Positions 51,205 through 64,000 of a stretch of 64,000 nt of DNA are shown here, piece by piece. A program made the position numbers and the translations under genes. The DNA is from Geosiphon pyriformis uo1. Lineage: Eukaryota > Fungi > Glomeromycota. Every line of letters starts with the position of its first letter. Positions within the stretch are counted from its first letter, which is position 1. Under the pieces are notes generated by a model that was not told the origin of the DNA, made no database searches, and saw only the letters and a list, made by a program, of their open reading frames with translations. The stretch is taken from contig JAAOMT010000778.1 in NCBI GenBank assembly GCA_016748015.1, forward strand, positions 66,945-130,944, given 5' to 3'.

Positions 51205-54200
51205 TTATATCTGATTTTTGCTGATCATTTGGGTCGGTATTACCACAACAGATAACCAATAGAATTGTTTGTGATATTTCTTGAATTGCATGCCATGAAC
51301 AGAACGATCATTAAAGATTATTCCAGATTGATCTTGAAGAATATAAAAACCATTGTTCAGAACTTTGTTGACTATAAAGGGTCCTTTCTATTGGCTAAAG
51401 AATTTATTACCATAGACATTGTCTTTGTCTGAACGGTATTCCAAAATCAAGTCACTAATGCTTAAGGAAAGTGTTTTATAGGTTTTCTTTTTCTTAAGCT
51501 TCTTTTGGAACTGTTTTATCTTTTCAAAGGCAATTATCTGTGCCTCTACCAATGAGTCAAGAATGGTATCAAGTCTTCTTTGCAAAATGTCTTTGTAATT
51601 CCCTATTGTGATTTCTTCAAAGGGTATTGTCTCAATATCAGTTTCTATTAGTAGTATTGCCATTCATCCATAGAACAGGTAAAAGGGTTCATAACTTGTT
51701 ATGTCATGATTCACAGTTCTATAAGCAAACAAAGCTGAAGGCAGTACTTTGTCCCATAAGTTTGTTTCTTCACTGGTTTTGGCTAGAGTTTCACATAATG
51801 TTCTATTGAAATGTTCCACTAGGCCATTTGTTTAGGGGTAATAAGAAGAGGAAAGTTTGTAATGTATTCTCATTTTTCTGCAAAGTTCTTCAACAAGTGT
51901 ACTAAGAAAAGCTCTTCTTCTATTAGATAAAAGTTCTTTGGGGCAGCCATAATGACAAATAATATCTTCATAAATGAAATTAGCAATGGAAACTGCTGTT
52001 TAATCTGGAGTGGTTCTTGCTTCTACCCACTTTGTAAGATAGTCAGTAGCTGTGATAATGTATCTGTTGCCATTAAGAGTTACTGTTAATAGTTCAACAA
52101 CATCTATACCAATTCTGTCAAAGGGTTGGCCAACAGAGATTGAATGGATGTTTTCTTTGTGATTGGGTTTTCCTCTTCTTTGGCAGGTATCACAGGTTTT
52201 GATATACTCACCAATGTCTTTTTCCAAGGTAGGTCAATAATAGCAAGCTAGAGTTTTCTGAATTGTTTTTGTTTTTCCAAAGTGTCCAGCTAATAGATCA
52301 GTGTGCATGTTGTAAATCACAATTTCTTTTTCTTTAAATCTTATGACTCTCTGGGGGCAGTCAAGATCTTTTCTATTTCTTTTATATTATTGGTTCTGGC
52401 AGATCAAATAAAAATTTGATTGTTTGCACAAATGTTCTCTTTACTGTTGAGTGTATTCCAGTGGGTATTGTTCTTTACCCAAAAATTCTATTAAGACAGA
52501 GTAGTTGTCCAAGTCTATTATTGTGTTTGGTTGTAAGAAAATTACTAATAATTAGGTTGGTTTGGTTTAGGAGGTTGTACTGTCACTTGATGGTAAGTCT
52601 AAAGAGAGTGTCAGCATTTTGATGATTAGCTTTTTTGTGGTGTTGAATATTATAGTCGAATTCATCCAAGTGGAGTATCCAGCAGACTATTCATTTATGT
52701 TCTAGTCTTTTCTTGTTGTGCAGCCAAACCAAAGCTTGATAATCTGTTACCACCAAAAACTTCACACCAAGGAGATACTTATTCCAGTAGCTGGTAGCCC
52801 AAACTACTGCTAAGCATTCCTGCTCAGTAACTAAATAGTTCTTTTCTGTTGGTGTAAGAGTTCTACTGGCATAAGCTATTGTATGTTCCCTGCCATTTTC
52901 ATCTTTTTGTGAGAGAACAGCACCAAGTCCATAGCCAGATGTATCAGTGTGAAAGATGAAAGATTGATCCAGATTAGGTTGCTTGAGAATAGGTTCTGTA
53001 ACCAATTTTTCTTTAAGAGTTTTAAATGCTTTCTGCTGATGTGTGCCCCAATGGTAGTTGACATTTTTCCTGAGTAGCTAATTGAGTAGAGAGGCAATTT
53101 TGGAGAAATCCTTAACAAATTTGTGATAATAGAAGGCCAAATCAAGGAAAGAACATAACTTATGAACATTTATTGGTTGTCTTATGTTCTGAACTTTTTC
53201 CACTTTGGCTGGATCAGGGAAGATTCTATTTTTTGTAATAAGATGGCCAAAGAATTGGGTGGATTGTCTTCCAAAGAAAGATTTGATTGGATTAATCTTG
53301 AGATCTGCATTTCTGAGAAGATCAAAAACCTTTTGCAAATGTTCAAAGTGTTCATTCCAGGTTTTTGAGTACACTATTATATCGTCCAGATAGACCAGAA
53401 CAAAGTTTTCTTTCACTGATTCAAATACTTTATTCATTAAGCATTGAAAGATGGGAGGGGCATTGGTAAGACCAAAAAGCATGACTGTGAATTCATAGGT
53501 GCCATACTTGGTAATGAAGGCAGTTTTTTTCTGGCTTTCTGGATCCATCTCTGCTTGCCAGAATCCAGCAGTTAGATCAATGGTTGAAAAGAAAGCAGCA
53601 TCTTTAAATTGGTCTAGCATTGCATCAATCTTGGGAAGTGGGTACATGTCTCTTTCAGTGATGGCATTTAATTGGTGGTAGTCAACACAGAAGCATAGAG
53701 TTCCATCTTTTTTGAATACCATTACAACTGGGAAAGCCCATTTACTCTTGGTTTTTTGTATGAATCCAAGTTCTTTCATCTGGTTTATTTCTTTCTTGAT
53801 GAACTCATCATTTCAGTGATTGGATTGGTAAGGCTTCAAATGGATGGGGCAAGTTTTTCTGGTGGTGATGGTGTGTTGTATCACATGGGTTCATCCTGGA
53901 GTATCACCTTCTTTTGAGATAACTGGGCTGTTTCTTGCCAACAGATTTTCAATGTCTATCTTTCTTTCTTCTGGAGAGGGTTCTTTTTGTTTTACTACTA
54001 ATGATTGGATCTTAGGTGGTTCATTCTCAAAGGACTTTTGTACTTCTTTTAATTTATCTCTTGGTATTAGACTAATTGGTTCTCAATCTTTGTAATAAAT
54101 CAGGCATGATTTGCATTCATTACTTAGAGAATACAAAGGTTTATTGCACCAGCACCAGACACAAGGACCATGCCACCAATAACTGTATTTGGCTTTCTTG

Positions 54201-55270
54201 CCAGGCTTTTGGTCAAAGGTTCTTCTTAGAATATCATAGTAGGGCCAGCAGATCAGCTTGCTGTTTACAATGATTCTCTCTCTATTAGCTTTAATATTGT
54301 TTAGTGGCTTGCCATTGCTGGTGAAGGTGGTGTAGACAAGTTCAGCAGTTTCTTCTTGTTCTTCTTGTTTATCTTCTTCATCACTCTCTTCATTATCTGA
54401 TTCCTTTGATTGCTCATCTTCTTGATTTTGTTTGGTTGCTGGAGGAGTTGTCTAATAGCAATATTTAATCACAATGGGTTTTTCACCACATCTTATGGTT
54501 AGCTCACAAAGTTCATAGTCGAGTAAAGCTTTTGCTTTCTTGAGCCACTCATTGCCAACAATGATGGTGTATTCTTTAGCTTTAGAAACTTCCATGTCAG
54601 TTTCAATACTGATTCTATTGATGTGGACAGGAATAGCTTTGGTAATGCCCAGATTTTTCTTCTTGTTACCATGTACATTGGTCATTGGTTGGGTGGAAGG
54701 CTCATCAATTTTTCTGCCAATTGCTTCAAGAAAGTGTTTGGCAATTACACTAACAGATGATCTACTGTCTAGGATCAAGTCAATGAAGTAACCAGCCACT
54801 TGTGCTTTGCAAATTAGAGGAGTGACATTGCTGTTGTCAGCAAGTCCAGCTTGGCGAGGGCATTTATTGGTCTTTGGTGTTTTCTTCTTGGGGATTAAAA
54901 ATTTGTGGAGATCTTTTCTGAACTGTGGTTGGGTTATTAACTGGCCAAAGGTAATGTGTGCTGGGGTTTCCATAAGATCTTTGACAACAGAATAGGGTCC
55001 AGATTTTTGTACAATTTCTGGGGGTTCTAACTTTGGAGGGTTCTTAAAAACTTTGGTTTTTGGTGGCTCATTGTTATCAGCAGTGGAAGTTGAGGCTTTG
55101 TTGGGATCTAAAACGAAATCAACCTTGGCTTTCTTCTTTTTTCTGGTTGATTCAGAAGTGTTGATTGCTAATTCATCCATGTTATGGTCATCATCAGTTA
55201 AGTTAAAAGTGAAAAAGAGGTTTTTTTCTGGTTGGTTTGCACTTTTACCCTTTGGAGGTGCGCCTACCAG
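51205..55270 (-). pseudogene. Gypsy pol (aspartic protease, RT, RNase H, integrase with GPF motif; no chromodomain)
   Basis: PR: LILDSRSSVSVI. RT: CVDYHQLN, YPLPKID, VYLDDIIVYS. RNase H: HTDTSGYGLGAVLSQ. Integrase: H..H and CDTC, PFDRIGIDVV, KGPF. It carries nonsense codons and one frameshift near 52.4 kb. Confidence 0.93.
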
Positions 55271-56817
55271 TTTAAAGGCTGATAGACTGTGGCTTCAATT
55301 AGAGGATCCTTTCCAAAGAAATTGATGTTGGCATGGTTGGGTCTTTGATTGGAAGCATTATTGTTGATAAGTCTATTGTTTTAATTGTCATTATTTCTGG
55401 GGACTGGAGAAAATAAAGGAGGATTGTTGCAATCTCTTGAGAAATGTTTAGTTAATCCACATCTATAACATACAGGAGGACCACAATTTTGCTGTCTTTG
55501 ATAAGGAGATTGCTGGGGCTAATTAAAACGTGGTTTATAGCTGGGTCTTTGTGGTTGTTGGTTATTTCTAACTGCTTGTGCCAAAGGTTCTAATAACTGG
55601 GCAAGATTGGCTGTGAGTCTATCAATTAATTGTTTATTTGGATCTTGAGTTTGGGCAGCAAAAGAGACAGCAGTCATTTGAGAGGCAGAAGCCATAATAG
55701 GAGCAGAAGCAAAAACTGGAAGTATAGATCCCAAATGTATTCTTTGGTTGTCTTTAATTTATTGGACAAGTTCAATGGCCATGTCCATTGTAAAATTGTC
55801 TTTCAGGGCCAAAAGAGACCAAAGAGCATAAGATAAATTGGTTCTCAATCCTTTTGTGAAGGAATGAATCTTTTGCTCTTCTGTTCAATTTCTTTCAGAG
55901 TCTACACACTTGATTAACTTTCTGATTGCTTTAGCATATTCAGTTACAATTTCACCAGGGCCTTGAGTTTTTTTTTCTAATTTCATGCACCACTTGGATA
56001 TCAAGATTGGGGTTCTGAACTTGTTTTCAAACTGGGTTGTGAAAGAGATGTTGTTTTCTCCGGCATTTGCTGGCATCCATCTAATGATTCTTTGATGGGG
56101 ATTAGCATCAGTTTCCTGTGAGAACCAGATAGCAGAAGAGTCTTGGAGGTAGCCACCAACAATTTGAAACTTGTACTCATCATTGTATTGGTTGGCTGTA
56201 GCAGCTCTTTCAAAGTCATCCAATCATTCAATTGAATCTTGTGTATTGCCTCTAAATAATAGTAGTGGAGTGTTGTTTCTTTGTCCCAAAGCAGTTTGTA
56301 TGCCTTGGAGGGCAGCCAAGATGTTTGCTTGTATTAGATCTTGGGCCATTGGTTCAGGAGTTACTGTTTGTGTGAAGTGCTCTGATTCACTTGAGAAAAT
56401 ATCAAAAATAGGGGCAGTTTGGTAACTTTTTTCTTCTGTTTCAAAAGAGTTTTCAGCTAGTTAGTGAGCAACAATCCAAATATAGATTTGGTAATTCAGA
56501 TATTCGAAATCAGGAGGCTGTTGTTCAAAGATTGTGGAGTATAAGAGCTGATTGATACTGTTGTTTCTTCTTTCAAAGTTGTCTTTAAAATAAGCTTGGT
56601 CAAAATAATAAATTGTATAAGCTGTGTAGGTTTCAGCTGAATGTTCATTCAAGAACCAGTTCTAAAAGTCTTGGAATTATCTGCTGGATTGTTCTTCAAT
56701 GAGAAAGCAAATCAAACAGGAGAGCAAAAGATTGAGTTCAATAAAGTCTAGATTATTTTTGTTGTGTGCTTTAAAGTGTTCTTCTGATTGTTGTGGCAGA
56801 TATGAATAATTACCCAT
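55264..56817 (-). pseudogene. Gypsy gag (long N-terminal extension, capsid, CCHC knuckle)
   Basis: A single 518-codon frame runs from ATG GGT AAT at 56817 to TAG at 55264, with internal W/Q-derived stops. It contains DDFERAATANQY and CYRCGLTKHFSRDC. Confidence 0.85.
55270..55276 (-). other. -1 ribosomal frameshift heptamer U UUA AAC
   Basis: The heptamer is in gag phase just before the gag stop, pol is in the -1 frame, and it is conserved at 35202-35208. Confidence 0.75.
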
Positions 56818-56845
56818 ACAATAGGAAACAAAGTGGATTTTGACA

Positions 56846-56863
56846 ACCTTACAGGGAGCACCA
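56846..56863 (-). other. tRNA primer binding site
   Basis: TGGTGCTCCCTGTAAGGT starts 6 nt inside the 5' LTR boundary. It is complementary to a tRNA ending ..CAGGGAGCACCA, which looks like elongator Met (unverified). Confidence 0.75.
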
Positions 56864-57404
56864 CTTTTATGTTACGGATTGGAGTAACAAGCTAATGAAT
56901 AGCAAGGGAGAACAGAATTGTAGGGTAATGGAAATAATTAAAGAGAATTTAACTTCAATAAGTGAATTGAATAAGTATAGATTCAATGTGTGAGATCAGT
57001 CTCATAAAATATCTCAGTTGCTATTCTTTTCAAAAGATAACAAGGGAATTTGAAGATAGAGGGATAGTCCATACTGTCAACAATTGATAGCTGCTGGTAT
57101 AATTCTATGTTTCACGTTGGCACTCTTAAAATTCAATATTAAGTATCAACTTGTGCTCTTCAGTCATGTTTATTCAAATAATTTTCAAATACTGCAATTA
57201 TACGTTTCAGGAAAGTGCCAACAAGTAATTTTTTATCCAAAAGATGTTCAGATACTTGAAGGTAGAAAAAGGGAAATTAGCAATAAAAGAATGTTTGAGA
57301 TAGAAGTTTGTTATTTTATTTCTTTGATTGTCTTGATTCCTTACATTGATCTTTTTCTACAGCTAAGAGACTCATCACTTATATATCTATTGAAAGTGGT
57401 CAAT

Positions 57405-57457
57405 GACCAGGTCAATGATCAAGTTAACAGTCAGATCATTGATCAGGTCAATGATCA
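57405..57457. repeat. 12-bp tandem repeat GATCAGGTCAAT in LTR U3, upstream of a TATATAAG box on the minus strand (~57378-57385)
   Basis: There are 4 units here, 6 at 50374-50445, 4 at 29497-29544, 9 at 37348-37455 and ~6 at ~26535-26615. Confidence 0.85.
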
Positions 57458-60400
57458 CTATTTAAAAATAGAGTGGCTAATTATATAACATCAGTGGCTA
57501 ATACATGTGATAACTAATAAAAACTATGAGTTTTAACCATAATACTATATTACCCAATTTTTTATGCTATGAATAACATCTTTTTGTTTTACAGAGACAT
57601 TAATACTTCAAATATTACATGTTGTAAATCTCCAAACCAGATCTGTTATTGAGAAGAAAGATCTTTTACACCCAAGTCAACATTGTCTATTTTAGCTATT
57701 TGGTTCATAACTGTGTTTAATAAACTGTTTAAAGTCTCTTTTAGTCTCGAAACAACCAAAGAATTAATACTTACTACTCTTACAATAGGCTTATCACTAA
57801 TGACTATACTTAAATCTTCACTTATTACTGTATTTGCTTTTTGATTTTGTGATAAAAGGGTCACCAACAGTTAACATTCAGGATTAGATTGGAAAACCAT
57901 TGGCTCAAATATATTCAACCTCTTAGCCAGCTTGTTTACTTTTTCTGCAAAACTGGCAAGACTGTATTTAAAAGCAGCAAACCTATTATTCATTTCCAAA
58001 GAAACCAGTAGAAGAAGTTTATTATTCAAAAATAAACCAGTACTAGGAAAAACCAAAGACATCACATAAAAAATAGAACCACTAGCAACTTGAATCCAAG
58101 TTTTACCATTAAAAGACACCAAATAGACAATTGGTGCCTGTTTCCTTTTATATATATTGGCTAAACAAGTCTGATCTTAAGAATTCAATATATGTTTACC
58201 ACAACTACCAGAATTTCCACTCACTAAACAAATATTAGAAATGTGACCAAACTGCTTGCATTGGGCACAACAAGCCAAAAAAAGATCAGTCTAATATAAA
58301 TTTATACTCTTGAAAACTGGCACAAAACTAATAGCAACCAATTTGAATGCTTTATCAATAAAACAAATTATAACATATTTGTTATGCATATATGAACTTG
58401 ATTTATGACCAATAAAGCAAATTTTTCTACCATAAGAGCTCAATAAATCAGACAAATCATGAGCTATAGTGCCAATTGACAAAGTATACAACAAAGTCTG
58501 ATGTTGATCCCTTAATGTCCATAAATGTTTATGATTAACAGCCAAAACTACATGCACTAAATTCTTTTTCATAAGCACCAACTACTTAAAAATAAATAAA
58601 TTGGTTATATCCACTAATTTAAACTTAATAAAAGTCTTTTGCCAAAAACCAATTAGCTGTAATTTGATTAAAACAATTTTACTGAATTTAAAAAAAACTA
58701 ACTTTAGGAAGATTTATAGGGATCTTCTTAATAACTATTTCCTAATCTGTATGGCCATTTGTTTTTCTTATATTATTATTAACCAAAATTTTTTTTTTAA
58801 TTGTCATATAAAAAAAGATTTGATGATCTCTAAAAATTTTGAGGGAGTAGAAGCTTCTCCAAAACCATTTACATGATAAAAAATTTTTTTTATACACAAT
58901 AATTTATCACTGAAAGTCTTACCAGGCATTGCAGAAAAGTTGATATCTAATGCAAAAAATTTAGCCAAATTGACATTCTATTTCTCTGAGTTACATAATC
59001 CGAACACCAAAATTTGTTTGAAATCATTAAACTTAGGTAATAGAAGCATTAACACATTATCATTATTACTTAAATCAGCAAACAAAAAAGTTTTTGGTAG
59101 CTGGCCCAATATATATGTTTGAGTGCATATTTTTTGTAATATAGTGTTGTCTATAGTCTTATTGATCACCAAATTATTTGAGTTTACATAGTTCATTTTC
59201 TTGGCAATCATATTTTTTATGTTCTTAATATCTGACAAACTGCTAATACTATTAGCTTTACTGTTAACATTACTACTTTAAGACATTACAGGTTTTTTAT
59301 TAGTACCAACTATACTTTTGAGACTCAAAGAACCAATAAACAAATTGATTATACCAATATCTGTAACAGGTTTCTTTGGCTTTTTATGAGATATACTGTG
59401 AAAATACACACTTTCTACATAATTTTTCTTCACATTTAAACAGATTTCTAATCCAGCCAAAACTAAATCAAAACCACTAACAGACAAACCTATTGGTTTT
59501 ATTATAACAAAAAGAGGTGTATTAAAAGAAATAACTTAAAAAAACAAAGAGAAAAGGAAAAAAAACCAATTTTTTCAAAAAATTCTTTTGCTTTTATCAT
59601 GGTCAGAAAATTGACAAAAAAAAGATTTTTTTTGTGTTAATAATTTATTAATATAATAATTTGGTAAAAAAATTAAAATTTATTAATTATAAATAAGTAA
59701 TGTAAATTAAAATAATTATAGTTAAAAATAATTATAATAACTTAATAGAATAAAAAATTCTAATATTTCTGTTTTTATATAAATAAAATCCAAAAAATAA
59801 AATTTTTAAATCTTATAAAAACTTTTAAAACACTAAAAATTAATATTATATAAAATATTAAAAGTTATATTATTTTATTTAAATAAAAAAAACTTTTATT
59901 TAAAGTCAAAAATACTGTTTTAAAATCAATAAAACTGGTTTATTATTATTTTATTTAAAAAAAATGCTTTTATAAAATATTATTAAGCAGTTTTAATAAC
60001 TGTAAAAACTTTATCAATAAAAATATTTTTAGTTAGTTTAAAAAATAAAATTCCAATTTGTTTTAAGTATAATCATAAAAATTTTAAAAATATATAGATA
60101 TAAGTAAATTTAATTAAAAAAAAATAACAAAATAAAAAATAGATAAAACTAATTAAAAAATCCAATTTATTAAAAATATTGTATTTAAACACATAAAATC
60201 CAAAATTATTTAATTATTACTTAAATAAAATTTTTATTATTTTATTAATAACAATTCTAAAACAATATTAACATTATTATATATTTTTAAATAATTACAA
60301 AATAGTCTTAAAAAAATCCAAATCCAAATACAAAACTTTTAATATTTTTTAAAAATTAATATTAACGAAATAAAATATATTTCTTAAAAAACTTATGTTT

Positions 60401-60589
60401 ATATTTTTAAATTTATTAAAAAGTATAAGCAAAAACTTCTATAAATATTAAAAAACATTTGTAATATTTAATAATTCTTTAAAAATATAATTAATTATTA
60501 ATTAAATACATGTTTCTTATAAGTAATTATTAAAGTAGTAAAACAAAACTCTTTAATAGACTTTACTTATTAATTATACCAATATTATT

Positions 60590-60786
60590 GATCGGTTTTG
60601 GACTCGAACCTGCTCTATCATTGCTTTCTGTTGGTTTTTGTAGACCCGTGAGTACTTTGTAGTGTTGCCTTGATCTGCTCGAGTAGCTGGTCACGTGTAG
60701 AAAAGGCATGAGCCATACTTATTTTAGATTCCACAGTGAATGTTTGGTAATAAGGATGCACTCATTAAATAAATAAATAAAAAAAA
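60590..60786 (+). mobile_element. Short (~200 bp) 5'-truncated LINE or LINE-tailed SINE with (TAAA)n tail
   Basis: tagtgttgccttgatctgctcgagtagctggtcacgtgtagaaaaggcatga matches the LINE 3' UTRs. The tail is taaataaataaataaaaaaaa. Confidence 0.75.
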
Positions 60787-61194
60787 CCAAAATCATTTTT
60801 ATTTTTAATTATTATTTCAAGTAAAATTAAAGCAAATTCTAAAATTTTAATCACATTAATATAAAAAAAAGCCTGAATTCTTTTGTTAAAAGAACAAATT
60901 AATGTAGTATAAATAATAAATATTGTTAAGTATTAATAATAATTAGTTATTATAATATTATTAATTAATTTACTTTTTAATTGCTTTGTTACAATACACA
61001 CACAAAGTTTTTATGTTGCTTATTTCTAAATTAAAATTGAGAAATGGGCCTATTTTTCGAAACCTCACGATATTCTTTTTATTTACTTAATATTTTTATA
61101 AGTCACATCCTGAACTACTTAGTTCATCGCTATCATTAGTGTTTAATTCTAATTATCGAGCTTTGACAAAACTATATCACGTCCCGTTATTAAT

Positions 61195-63943
<2,749 letters not shown>

Positions 63944-64000
63944 TTATTTTTTAATGATAAGTTGACCAAATAAACAAAATCGCGAAAAAATATTGATCTT

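Larger units (their letters stand above)
49839..57544 (-). mobile_element. Ty3/gypsy LTR retrotransposon, younger copy; 3' LTR 49839-50537, 5' LTR 56870-57544; TSD CTAT
   Basis: The direct repeats run TGTTACGG...CCATAATA (decayed CCGTAACA), with CTAT at 49835-49838 and 57545-57548. Domain order is gag-PR-RT-RH-IN. Confidence 0.96.
45130..59624 (-). mobile_element. Full-length decayed LINE (second subfamily) split by the younger gypsy in the APE N-terminus
   Basis: ORF1 fragments span 57646-59487. ORF2 fragments are at 49386-49784 (APE), 47910-48161 (RT), 46273-46689 (RNase H) and 45704-45958 (CLLC..DHVFTC). The 3' UTR is at 45140-45257. Confidence 0.9.

Noticed and set aside
56800-56817. N-myristoylation signal at the gag start (MGNYSY)
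   Set aside because: Ser is not at the consensus position 6, and the start is not preserved in the older copy.

Overview
This is AT-rich eukaryotic DNA with many short introns, most likely fungal. The transposable element (TE) types and composition suggest Glomeromycota/Mucoromycota, but that is an inference. Only two host genes are present, both on the minus strand and both retaining CpG: a CDT2/DTL-type WD40 gene (4672-7107) and the 3' part of CDC5L/CEF1 (61195 to beyond the window end). Almost everything else is nested, decaying retroelements. There are at least eight LINE copies or fragments (ORF1 RRM-like+CCHC; ORF2 APE-RT-RNase H-CCHC), two full Ty3/gypsy elements of one family with 4-bp target site duplications (TSDs), two solo LTRs and one chimeric LTR block. 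Four observations stand out. (1) Repeats show almost purely C>T/G>A mutation, not limited to CpG, that converts them stepwise into AT deserts and looks RIP-like. (2) Every LINE 3' end in the window carries a conserved ~115-nt multi-stem, pseudoknot-like RNA. (3) The gypsy family has a U-UUA-AAC -1 frameshift, a Cys/His insert between PR and RT, no chromodomain, and an unexplained third ORF running into the 3' LTR. (4) LINE 5' ends (CTTTTT) and ORF1/ORF2 junctions (AATAA) share motifs. All alignments were done by eye, and coordinates of decayed elements are approximate.
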